DNA from: Opitutia bacterium ISCC 52
Lineage (GTDB): Bacteria > Verrucomicrobiota > Verrucomicrobiia > Opitutales > UBA2995
Assembly (NCBI GenBank): GCA_014529675.2
Contig: CP076040.1
Span: 2,095,894 to 2,127,893, forward strand
Reading direction: 5' to 3'
DNA length: 32,000 nt
In this document: positions 1 to 8,891 of the stretch, one piece after another
Layout of the letters: each line of letters starts with the position of its first letter
How positions within the stretch are numbered: position 1 is the first letter of the stretch
Notes under the pieces: model-generated
The model's database searches: none
The model's input: the letters and a program-made list of their open reading frames with translations, nothing else
Told to the model about the DNA's origin: nothing
Position numbers and translations under genes: made by a program

Positions 1-368
1 TATTTCAAATCGCTACAAATTTAGCTCACAATAAATACTGGTACTGGTTTCGACGAAAACGGAGTGAATCCATCTCCCTGGAGCAGAGCCTATGCGATGA
101 CGGGGATTTTAGCATGATTGATATTTGTCCGGTTGAGGGGCAAACACCAAGCGAAGCAACGGTAACGCAAGAATTTGTTGATAAAGTTGCTGAAAATATG
201 AAAGATCTTTCGGAAAAGCATCACGAAATACTGGTGATGAGAAACGTGAAGAATATGTCGTATGATGAAATAGCCTCCGAATTGGACCTATCTATTGGTA
301 CGGTTAAGAGTCGTATTGCTCGTGCTCGCATGAGTTTGCGCGAAAAAATGGGTAAAGATTTTCAATGA
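1..368 (+). CDS. ECF-type sigma-70 family sigma factor, 5' end outside the window
   Basis: The reading frame starting at base 3 is open to the window edge. My translation FQIATNLAHNKYWYWFRRKR... runs into the ORF-track protein, whose C-terminus MSYDEIASELDLSIGTVKSRIARAR is a region 4.2 HTH. The ATG at 114 is therefore internal. The TGA stop overlaps the next ATG (ATGA at 365-368). Confidence 0.85.
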   Translation, partial: FQIATNLAHNKYWYWFRRKRSESISLEQSLCDDGDFSMIDICPVEGQTPSEATVTQEFVDKVAENMKDLSEKHHEILVMRNVKNMSYDEIASELDLSIGTVKSRIARARMSLREKMGKDFQ

Positions 369-988
369 CGGATGATGTTTTCGAAGACCTCGTAAACCTA
401 TATCTGGACAAAGAAATTAGCCCAGCACAGCTCCGGATACTCAAAGAGGAGCTGCTGCGCAATTCGGATAGACGGTCTACCTTCGAAAGCTATTGCCGAA
501 TGCACCAGGCAACACATTTCGCTGCACTCAGTGCTGCGCCGGTGATTCCTCGCCTCCATTCAAATCTAGAACCTGGAAAGGGAAAACCCGCATTTTTCGC
601 TCTCAGCAGGCAAGTATTTGCCGCTGCGACAATCATAGCCGTAGTAGGGTCTTTCGCTACGATTTATTTCAATGGACCATTTGGTAAGTCGCGTATTGTT
701 CAAGTTTCTCAGAGCAATTTGCAGCCCATCGAAAGATTTGCTCAGCCAGCTGAGCCTTTCATTACACAACCAACTTTGGAGTTTTTTCGCGCGGATAATC
801 AGAGTGCAGCGGAAGAGTGGGCTTATTTGCAGGAATTGCGCCATGCGAGAGCTACACCTGAGTTTCAATCATCTCAGGAACCTGCCTTGTATACTTGGGT
901 TGATGGCGAGATTCGTGAAAAGAAGAAAACCGTAAATCCTGGACCGGCCTTCGAATTCGAGTACTCAAACTATGAGTTTCGGCGGTAG
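365..988 (+). CDS. Putative single-pass membrane anti-sigma factor paired with the upstream ECF sigma
   Basis: 4-nt ATGA overlap with the sigma gene (translational coupling). It has a short N-terminal helical segment followed by the hydrophobic span VFAAATIIAVVGSFATIYF. No enzymatic motifs. The call rests on context and architecture. Confidence 0.6.
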   Translation: MTDDVFEDLVNLYLDKEISPAQLRILKEELLRNSDRRSTFESYCRMHQATHFAALSAAPVIPRLHSNLEPGKGKPAFFALSRQVFAAATIIAVVGSFATIYFNGPFGKSRIVQVSQSNLQPIERFAQPAEPFITQPTLEFFRADNQSAAEEWAYLQELRHARATPEFQSSQEPALYTWVDGEIREKKKTVNPGPAFEFEYSNYEFRR

Positions 989-1001
989 GGCCGTGTCAGC
1001 A

Positions 1002-1622
1002 TTAGGAATTTAAAGCCGTCTTGATAATTTCCTCAACCGTAGCTGCTGGCCCCAATTTCGCAATGGCTCGATTAATTGACTTGTCAGCCTCGGTAGTTTT
1101 GTAACCCAAAGCAGTGAGCGCAGCGATAGCGTCCTGGAATTTGGTCATACCTTCATCGTCAATGGCTGCTGTTTCACTAGAAGGTATAGAGGGTGAGGCG
1201 GGAGTGGAGCCAAAGCCTTTCCCTACTTTATCTCTCAATTCAATAATTAGCCTTTCGGCGGTTTTTTTTCCTATGCCAGGGCATTGAGAAAGCAGTTTTG
1301 TATCGCCGCTGATTATGGCTGCTTCCAGCATTTTTGTACTGAGTTTACTAAATAGTGTGAGTGCCATTTTTGGCCCCACGCCTGAGACTTTCTCGACGAG
1401 TAGCTTGAAAAACTCTCTATCCTCGCGTTTCACGAACCCGTATAGGGATTGGGAATCATCACGATAGACTGCATAAGTATAGAGTTTAGCCTGATTACCT
1501 GGGGGAGGCAGTTTTTCGGCCGTGGTTATTGGAATATTGACCTCATAGCCCACACCTCCTGCCTCAATCACTACTTGAAGAAGGTGACTTTCAATGACTT
1601 TTCCTTTTAGGGAGGCGATCAT
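1002..1622 (-). CDS. ruvA: Holliday junction branch migration complex subunit RuvA
   Basis: 206 aa. Has the N-terminal MIASLKGKV...GGVGYEVNIP OB-fold start typical of RuvA, the HhH region GIGKKTAERLIIELRDK, and a C-terminal domain III. Confidence 0.9.
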   Translation of the reverse strand: MIASLKGKVIESHLLQVVIEAGGVGYEVNIPITTAEKLPPPGNQAKLYTYAVYRDDSQSLYGFVKREDREFFKLLVEKVSGVGPKMALTLFSKLSTKMLEAAIISGDTKLLSQCPGIGKKTAERLIIELRDKVGKGFGSTPASPSIPSSETAAIDDEGMTKFQDAIAALTALGYKTTEADKSINRAIAKLGPAATVEEIIKTALNS

Positions 1623-1625
1623 AAG

Positions 1626-2357
1626 TTACTTCAGTCCCAAAACGTCCTGCATGTGGTAAATACCTGGCTTTTGAGACACTAACCATTCTCCTGCGTGGAC
1701 GGCGCCACGCGCAAAAATCATACGATCGGATGCTTTATGGGTGAGTTCAAGTCGCTCTCCCAAAGTTGAAAATACAACCGTATGGTCACCTACCACATCT
1801 CCACCGCGCATGCTGTGAACTCCTATTTCACGATCGGTTCTTTCACCGATAATGCCTTCGCGGCCGTGAAGCAATTCATGGTCAGACCGTTGGCTAGCTG
1901 CTTTTACTCTCTCTAAGAGGTTCTCGGCAGTACCACTCGGTGCATCCTTTTTGTAGCGATGATGCATTTCAATGACCTCAACATCGTATTCGTTAGGAAG
2001 GATTTCTGATGCTTTTTGTGTCAAATAGAACAACAGGTTAACGCCTAATGAATAGTTTCCCGCCCAAACAGCAGCGGTCGATTCTAAAGCTTTAGTAATA
2101 TCGGTTTTCTCTTTTTCGCTATGGCCTGTCGTACCAATGATTAAAGGAATCCCTTTTTGCCCCGCGCATTTCGCTAATTCAAGCGTGGCGGAGTGGTGAC
2201 TAAAATCGATAGCTAGATCTGCACCGGTGATGGCATCTTTAACGCAATCCCCCAGATCAATTCCTGCAACGATAGTATGTCCACGTTCCTCTGCTGCTTG
2301 CTTCAATGCCAGGCCCATACGACCAAGCGACCCTTGGATTAGAATCTTTAAGCTCAT
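1626..2357 (-). CDS. dapB: 4-hydroxy-tetrahydrodipicolinate reductase
   Basis: 243 aa. N-terminal GSLGRMG dinucleotide-binding motif, plus EMHHRYKKDAPSGTA and HSMRGGDVVGDHTV motifs characteristic of DapB. Overlaps dapA by ATGA. Confidence 0.9.
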   Translation of the reverse strand: MSLKILIQGSLGRMGLALKQAAEERGHTIVAGIDLGDCVKDAITGADLAIDFSHHSATLELAKCAGQKGIPLIIGTTGHSEKEKTDITKALESTAAVWAGNYSLGVNLLFYLTQKASEILPNEYDVEVIEMHHRYKKDAPSGTAENLLERVKAASQRSDHELLHGREGIIGERTDREIGVHSMRGGDVVGDHTVVFSTLGERLELTHKASDRMIFARGAVHAGEWLVSQKPGIYHMQDVLGLK

Positions 2358-3250
2358 CCCTGTAATCTCTCTTCCAGTTCTTTGACGGTCTTAGATATCA
2401 GCTGATAATTTGCATCGCTGATGGCGCATAACGGACGGCGTACATCTGCTGTATCTATAAGGTTCGCATCTCTCATCGCTGTTTTTACAGGAACAGGATT
2501 TGGCTCAACAAATAGATTAACAAATAAAGAGTATAATTGTTCATTGAGTGCAGATGCTCCAGCCATGTCATTTTCCATAGCGGCTCTGACCATATTTACT
2601 ACTGGCTTGGGCACCAAGTTGGAGGCGACGGAAATCACACCTTTGGCTCCTACACTCATGAACGGTAAAGTTAAGCTATCATCACCACTAAGAATTGTCA
2701 TGTCGTCGCCCAGAGCTTGGCGTATTTCGCATACTCTTTCTGTTTTTCCACCCGCTTCTTTGATGTAATTCACATGGGGATACTTCTCCCGAAGCCTGAT
2801 CAATGTCTCTATGCCGATTTCGATTACACAACGGCCTGGAATTGAATACAAAACGATAGGCTTGTCTGTTTCCTCGGCAATGGCCCTAAAATACTGGAAG
2901 AGCCCTTCCTGGCTGGGTTTGTTGTAATAGGGGGTCACAACCAACATACCGTCTACACCTGCTTCATGGGCTGATTTAGTCATGGCAACCGCTTCCCGGG
3001 TGGAATTCGAGCCCGTTCCTGCGATCACGGGGACGCGGTTAGCTGCTTTATCTACCACACGTTGAACTACTTGCAGATGCTCTTCATGATTGAGGGTAGG
3101 GGATTCGCCCGTTGTTCCAACTGGTACCAAGCCCTGAATTCCTTCCTGAATCTGCCATTCGGTAAACGAAGCCAATCCTTCCCAGTCCACTTCCCCCTCC
3201 TTAAACGGGGTGACCATTGCCGTAAGGACGCCGTAAAAATTATCAGACAT
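2354..3250 (-). CDS. dapA: 4-hydroxy-tetrahydrodipicolinate synthase
   Basis: 298 aa. GVLTAMVTPF, GTTGESPTL and YNKP motifs of the DapA/NAL family. Sits immediately upstream of, and overlapping, dapB. Confidence 0.92.
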   Translation of the reverse strand: MSDNFYGVLTAMVTPFKEGEVDWEGLASFTEWQIQEGIQGLVPVGTTGESPTLNHEEHLQVVQRVVDKAANRVPVIAGTGSNSTREAVAMTKSAHEAGVDGMLVVTPYYNKPSQEGLFQYFRAIAEETDKPIVLYSIPGRCVIEIGIETLIRLREKYPHVNYIKEAGGKTERVCEIRQALGDDMTILSGDDSLTLPFMSVGAKGVISVASNLVPKPVVNMVRAAMENDMAGASALNEQLYSLFVNLFVEPNPVPVKTAMRDANLIDTADVRRPLCAISDANYQLISKTVKELEERLQG

Positions 3251-3368
3251 TGTGATTTCTGGTTAAATATCAACAGGGAGTAGGTTTTGTTTCACTGCAA
3301 GAATCAAGAAACTCTTTATATCTGCTGCGAAAGCAAGCTTCTTAACTCCTCTATCTTCCACCCAATTT

Positions 3369-4471
3369 ATGAGCGCTGAAGAAATCATTAATAGCCTACT
3401 CAAACTTGCTGTCGAAAACGAGGCGAGTGATATCCATATCAAGTCCGACAAGCCTGGGATTTTACGCCTCAACGGTATTCTTCAGGAAGTAGACATGGAG
3501 CCTATCTCTGCTGCCGAAGCTAGAGATTTCATTACTGAAACGGTTCCATACAAGTTTAAGGATGACTGGGAACACGATGGTCAAATTGACTACAGCTATT
3601 CCATCACTGGAATTGGGCGTTTTCGTGTTAATGGTTTTTTTCAACGCGGAACGGTGAGTGTGGTTTTTCGTCATCTGAAGGATCAGGCTCCTACGTTTGA
3701 CGAATTGAATATATCGAACGGGGAAGTATTAGAGAAACTTTGTAAGCTAAAGGACGGTGTCGTTTTAATCTGCGGAGCTACCGGGTCAGGTAAATCTTCT
3801 ACTTTGGCTTCGATGATTAATTGGATTAATAATAATCTAAATCGTCACGTGGTAACGCTTGAGGATCCAATCGAATTTAATTTCGACGATCGGAAATCTG
3901 TATTCAACCAGAGAGAAATCGGCATTGATGCTCCTAGTTTTTCTCATGGCATGCGAGCTGTTCTGCGTCAGGATCCCGACATTATTCTTATTGGTGAGAT
4001 GCGTGATAAGACCACCTTTGAAACAGCTCTATCGGCTGCTGAGACCGGACACCTAGTACTTTCCACACTTCACTCATCTGGTTCACAACAAGCAGTTCAA
4101 CGTGTATTTGAGTTTTTCCCACCAGAACAACAGGTCATCTGCGACGTCAGATAGCCGGTTCATTAAAAGCTATTTGTACGCAGCGTTTGATTCCTAGCCT
4201 TGAAGGTGACAAGCGTTATCCTGCGATCGAAACCTTTGTCATAGACTCGTTAGGTAAAAACATCATTCAAGAAGGCCAGTTCGAAAAAATACCCGCGGTT
4301 GTCGAAGCAGGTAAGGAAAATGGTTCAAATACTTTCAATCAAAGCCTCTACGAACTCGTTCAAGAAGGATTGATAAGTAAAACTGACGCACTGAAGTTTT
4401 CTCCAAATCCAAAGGCTCTAGAGATGAACCTGAAGGGTATCTTCCTCAGTTCTGGAGGAATCGTTTCTTAA
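3369..4471 (+). pseudogene. pilT: Type IV pilus retraction ATPase PilT, interrupted by a 1-nt frameshift (ORFs 3369-4154 and 4187-4471 are one gene)
   Basis: Walker A GATGSGKSST, Walker B/Asp box DPDIILIGEMRD, His box TGHLVLSTLHS. Frame 0 ends ...FFPPEQQVICDVR*. The frame of the second ORF is already open from 4112 and reads LRRQIAGSLKAICTQRLIPSLEGDKRYPAIE from 4139, the expected PilT continuation. The combined length of about 365 aa is normal for PilT. Confidence 0.8.
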
Positions 4472-4552
4472 AGGCATCTGGCGGAAGTATATAGGGGTAG
4501 GGGACTTTTTTATTGATTGGTTCCCACAATTCTGATGCCTGATGTGCCCCAT

Positions 4553-5464
4553 ATGGAAACAGGACTCATTTTTTCAGGGCAAGGCGCTCAAAAAGTAGGT
4601 ATGGGCAAATCTCTTTACGAGAGCAGTCCCATTGCGAAATCACTCTACGATCAAGCAAACGAAGTGCTAGGCTACGACTTTACGCAGGTCTGCTTCGAAG
4701 GACCGGAAGAAGATTTGACCAAGACAGACGTCTGTCAGCCTGCTTTGTATGTCCATGGATTAGCAGTCCATGCTCTTTGGAAAGAATCCAATCCTAGCAA
4801 CCGACCCGTGTGTGCGTTGGGTCTAAGTCTGGGTGAATTGACTGCATTGGCAGCAGCTGGAGTTTACGACTTTGAAGTCGGCTTGAAGATAGTAGCTGAA
4901 AGAGGGCGACTCATGCAAATGGCCTGTGATCAGACCAATGGAGGCATGGCTAGTGTGCTAGGTGGTGAGAGAGAAGCCGTAAAGCAACTTGCAGCTGAAT
5001 TCGACGTCGATATGGCCAATTTGAACTGTCCTGGCCAAATCGTGATTTCTGGAGAAGCTTCAAAAATAGCACAAGCTGTTGATGCCTTGAAGGATAGGGG
5101 TTTTAAACGCGTTCTTCCTCTAACGGTCGCGGGTGCGTATCACAGTCGTTTAATGGAGCCAGCTCGAGCAGCTTTTGAAGCCTATTTGGCTGATATCCCT
5201 TTTCGTGAACCCGAAATATCTGTGTATTCAAATGTTGATGCTGCAACAAGTGACTCTCCGGATGTCATTAAAGCCAATCTTGTTAAGCAGGTCGTTTCAT
5301 CCGTGCTGTGGGAAGACTGTATGCTGAATGCTCGTTCTTCTTCAGGAGTGGATTCTTTTATTGAATGCGGAATGGGTGGGGTGCTCAAAGGTCTCGCCAA
5401 GCGTATTGACCATGAATTGGTGGTGACTTCTTTTCAGGATTTCTCTGATTTCGAGCAATCCTGA
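4553..5464 (+). CDS. fabD: Malonyl-CoA:ACP transacylase
   Basis: METGLIFSGQGAQKVGMG start, active-site GLSLGE, and a later GAYHS motif. I prefer the ATG at 4553 over the TTG at 4517 used by the ORF track. Confidence 0.9.
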   Translation: METGLIFSGQGAQKVGMGKSLYESSPIAKSLYDQANEVLGYDFTQVCFEGPEEDLTKTDVCQPALYVHGLAVHALWKESNPSNRPVCALGLSLGELTALAAAGVYDFEVGLKIVAERGRLMQMACDQTNGGMASVLGGEREAVKQLAAEFDVDMANLNCPGQIVISGEASKIAQAVDALKDRGFKRVLPLTVAGAYHSRLMEPARAAFEAYLADIPFREPEISVYSNVDAATSDSPDVIKANLVKQVVSSVLWEDCMLNARSSSGVDSFIECGMGGVLKGLAKRIDHELVVTSFQDFSDFEQS

Positions 5465-5567
5465 TTCCCTGGGGAAAAGCCTTGCTTAGGCTCATTTTTT
5501 CGATCCAATTTCCACCTTCCATTCAAAGCTAGGAAAGCTTTGAGTGAAAGCGACTTCGCGCTATTTT

Positions 5568-7370
5568 ATGCCGCCACTTTCTGACATCCGCAATTTTTGC
5601 ATTATCGCCCATGTTGATCATGGGAAAACTACACTGTCTGATCGATTGCTCGAACATACCGAAACCGTTGTGCAGCGCGAGATGAAGGATCAGTTATTGG
5701 ATTCAATGGATCTCGAACGGGAGAGGGGGATTACGATCAAATCACATCCTGTGAGTATGATCTACAAGTCCACGAGAGGTAAAGAATACCGATTTAACCT
5801 CATTGATACTCCGGGGCATGTTGATTTTTCTTATGAAGTATCTAGAAGTCTTGCAGCTGCAGAAGGCGCTTTGCTGCTTATTGATGCTGCACAAGGCGTA
5901 GAAGCTCAAACGGTTGCAAATGCTCATCTGGCTCTGTCTCAGGATTTGGCGATCATCCCGGTTATCAACAAAATCGATTTGCCGGGCGCTGATTTGGACC
6001 TCTGTTTACATCAACTGGAGGAAATCCTGGCTATACCTTCTGAAGAAGCGGTTTTAGCGAGTGCCAAAGAGGGGATTGGAATTGAAGAAATCCTGGAAGC
6101 TGTAGTGGATAGAGTTCCTCCACCTAGATTAGCAGATTACCCGCAAACACGTACCCTTGTTTTTGATTCAGTTTATGACTCCTATAAGGGAGTGATCTGC
6201 TACGTAAGAATGTTTTCCGGAACTTTGAAGCGCGGCGACAAGATACAGATGATGAGCGATGAGGTAAGAGCGGAAGTCAAAGAGGTTGGCATCTTTACGC
6301 CTCAGATGAAAGACGTGGATGAAATTACAGCGGGGAACTCCGGTTATGTTGTGACGAACATCAAAGCGGTGTCCGATATTAAGATTGGTGACACCATCAC
6401 TTTGGAAAAGGATCCCGCCAAAGAAATGCTTCCTGGCTATCAAGAAGTGCGCCCCATGGTCTATAGTGGTATTTACCCAATTGATACTTCCGATTACCAA
6501 AAACTAAAAACAGGTATGGGCAAGTTGCGGCTGAATGACGCCGCGTTTACCTATCAGGCAGAGAGCTCAGTTGCTTTAGGATATGGGTTTCGTTGCGGAT
6601 TTCTCGGATTACTTCATATGGAAATTGTCCAGGAACGTATCCGCCGTGAGTACAATTTAGACATCATAGCCACGTATCCAAGTGTTGTATACAAATTAAA
6701 GACTACGGATCATCAATTCCTGGAAGTCGACAATCCGGTAAATCTTCCAGATCCAGAGACGATTGACTATATGGAAGAACCTATGATCGAGGCTACGATC
6801 CATATACCCAGTGAGTTCATTGGGGACATTTTGGCTTTGGTCATGGATAAGCGCGGACTATGCGAGCATACGGAAACGCTAGATGAGGCTCGGCTAATGT
6901 TGACCTGCAGGCTGCCGCTCAACGAAGTATTGGTCGATTTCAACGACAAGCTTAAGAGTATCACAAAGGGGTACGGCTCAATGGATTATGAGTTCACCGA
7001 CTATCAGCGATCAAAATTAGTGAAGCTAGATATTCTTGTTAACGGGGAACCTGTTGATGCCTTTTCGTCCATTGTTCATATAGATAAGGCGCCGAGTAAG
7101 GGGCGAGAACTGTGCAAGAAGTTGAAAGAAATTCTACCTCGCCAAATGTTTAAGATTCCCGTCCAGGCGAGCATTGGCGGTAAGGTAGTCGCACGGGAAA
7201 CCTTAAGCGCATTTCGAAAGGATGTGACCGCCAAATGTTATGGAGGAGACATTACGCGAAAAAAGAAACTCCTAGAGAAGCAGAAAGAAGGAAAAAAGCG
7301 GATGAAACAGATCGGCAAAGTTTCCATCCCGCAAGAGGCATTCATTGATATCCTCAAAAATTCAAATTAA
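5568..7370 (+). CDS. lepA: Translation elongation factor 4 (LepA)
   Basis: IRNFCIIAHVDHGKTTLSDRLL G1 motif, DTPGHVDF, NKID, and the C-terminal LepA-specific domain ending ...GKKRMKQIGKVSIPQEAF. The ATG at 5568 fits the usual N-terminus better than the GTG at 5544. Followed by lepB, as in many bacteria. Confidence 0.95.
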   Translation: MPPLSDIRNFCIIAHVDHGKTTLSDRLLEHTETVVQREMKDQLLDSMDLERERGITIKSHPVSMIYKSTRGKEYRFNLIDTPGHVDFSYEVSRSLAAAEGALLLIDAAQGVEAQTVANAHLALSQDLAIIPVINKIDLPGADLDLCLHQLEEILAIPSEEAVLASAKEGIGIEEILEAVVDRVPPPRLADYPQTRTLVFDSVYDSYKGVICYVRMFSGTLKRGDKIQMMSDEVRAEVKEVGIFTPQMKDVDEITAGNSGYVVTNIKAVSDIKIGDTITLEKDPAKEMLPGYQEVRPMVYSGIYPIDTSDYQKLKTGMGKLRLNDAAFTYQAESSVALGYGFRCGFLGLLHMEIVQERIRREYNLDIIATYPSVVYKLKTTDHQFLEVDNPVNLPDPETIDYMEEPMIEATIHIPSEFIGDILALVMDKRGLCEHTETLDEARLMLTCRLPLNEVLVDFNDKLKSITKGYGSMDYEFTDYQRSKLVKLDILVNGEPVDAFSSIVHIDKAPSKGRELCKKLKEILPRQMFKIPVQASIGGKVVARETLSAFRKDVTAKCYGGDITRKKKLLEKQKEGKKRMKQIGKVSIPQEAFIDILKNSN

Positions 7371-7435
7371 AGCTGCAGTATTTTTGATTATTTGAACATT
7401 TCACCGGTTTAACCCCAAACCACAGATACGGCTAA

Positions 7436-8701
7436 GTGAACGCATTTTTTAAAAAGAAGAATCATAAGAAGCTCAGGGAACAGGCAGAAAACTGGCTCCG
7501 CTTAGCAGAAAAAGTCTATCACTTCAGGAAAGACATTATTTCTGCGGAAAACATGAAAGATCTTCATGATACATCCTCGATCCTTAATAAGGCGTTAAAG
7601 AAAAAAGGGGATGAAGACTGGGGGAAAGTTCGTTTGGCTTCCGAAGAGCTGGAATCTGTACTCAAACGAAAAGAAGTAGGCGGCTATTTTTATCCACAAA
7701 GTTTTTGGGCAGAGAATGCCGAAATGTTCCTTGTAGCCGCTATTGTGGCTTTAGCTATACGAACCTTTTTTCTTCAACCTTTTAAGATCCCAACCAATTC
7801 CATGTTTCCTTCTTACAATGGAATGACTCATGAGGTTTACGAAGATGGATCTTCGCCCAGTAGCGCTGGAAACCTATTGCGCTTTTTATCCTGGGGCACA
7901 CTTAGGAGAGATGTCGTAGCTCCAGATTCAGGAGAAGTCTTGGTGCCGGTCCGCAGTTTTGAGAGAGTTCCTGGTAGAAAATTCTTTTTGTTTCCAACGA
8001 CTTTAAATGAATTCACAATTCGTGTAGGTGAAGAAGAGACGACCTTTACAGTTCCTGGAGAATTTTATCCATACGAAGCATTCAAGGATGCTTATTTTCC
8101 TGAAGATGATCGTGAATGGAGCGAATTGCTTCAGGATCCGAAAATACAGTCCAAAATTGTTAGGATTCGTGGAAGATTGTTTCTCCGCACAGGAAGAGAA
8201 GTTAAACAAGGAAAGTCGGCGCTGTCATTTGCAATTCATACCGGAGATGCGTTATTCGTAGATCGAATCTCATATCACTTCAAAAGACCTGACGTTGGCG
8301 AAGCGGTTGTTTTTAAAACGGAGAATATTCCTACGATTGAAAAACCAGATAAATATTACATCAAACGCCTGGTTGGAGTTCCTGGGGACGAGCTGCAAGT
8401 TAAAGCACCAAAACTATACAGAAATGGTGAATTGATAACTGGGGCTTCTGCATTTGAAAAGAATGCTACTCAGGAAGAAAAGTATCCTGGTTACTCATAC
8501 AGAGGATTGAGTAGACAACATTATTTGAATAATCCTAATACAACTGTGACCATTCCAGAAGATTATTTCTTCGCTATGGGTGATAATTCACCGCACAGTT
8601 CTGATAGTCGTTACTGGGGGTTCGTTCCAAAAAGAGAAATGGTCGGCAAAGCGATGTTCATCTATTATCCCTTCACGCATCGCTGGGGTATCGCCAAATA
8701 G
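7436..8701 (+). CDS. lepB: Signal peptidase I, unusually long (421 aa)
   Basis: TM segment MFLVAAIVALAIRTFF. Ser box PTNSMFPS, box C HTGDALFVDRISY, Lys box YYIKRLVGVPGD, box E GDNSPHSSDSRYWGFVP. GTG start. Conserved lepA-lepB synteny. Confidence 0.85.
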   Translation: MNAFFKKKNHKKLREQAENWLRLAEKVYHFRKDIISAENMKDLHDTSSILNKALKKKGDEDWGKVRLASEELESVLKRKEVGGYFYPQSFWAENAEMFLVAAIVALAIRTFFLQPFKIPTNSMFPSYNGMTHEVYEDGSSPSSAGNLLRFLSWGTLRRDVVAPDSGEVLVPVRSFERVPGRKFFLFPTTLNEFTIRVGEEETTFTVPGEFYPYEAFKDAYFPEDDREWSELLQDPKIQSKIVRIRGRLFLRTGREVKQGKSALSFAIHTGDALFVDRISYHFKRPDVGEAVVFKTENIPTIEKPDKYYIKRLVGVPGDELQVKAPKLYRNGELITGASAFEKNATQEEKYPGYSYRGLSRQHYLNNPNTTVTIPEDYFFAMGDNSPHSSDSRYWGFVPKREMVGKAMFIYYPFTHRWGIAK

Positions 8702-8891
8702 GCGAATATACTGTTTTTCAGGAAAATAAGTGGAATATAGCGAAATTATCTCAAGACGCACAATATATATTATGTCTAATATAGGGTTGGCGTCATTTCG
8801 CTGTGAAAATGATCCCCCGCCGTATGTTTTCTGTTTAAAAAGAAATTGAAGGATGTTGAGATAAAGCCATGTATTTGGCGGAAACTATATT

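Noticed and set aside
3263-3472. A 69-aa minus-strand ORF in the dapA/pilT divergent region.
   Set aside because: It overlaps the pilT start and the intergenic promoter region, and has no motifs or RBS. It is probably spurious.
4187-4471. The 94-aa ORF as an independent small gene.
   Set aside because: Its frame is open from 4112 and encodes the conserved C-terminal domain of PilT, continuous with the upstream ORF after a 1-nt shift.
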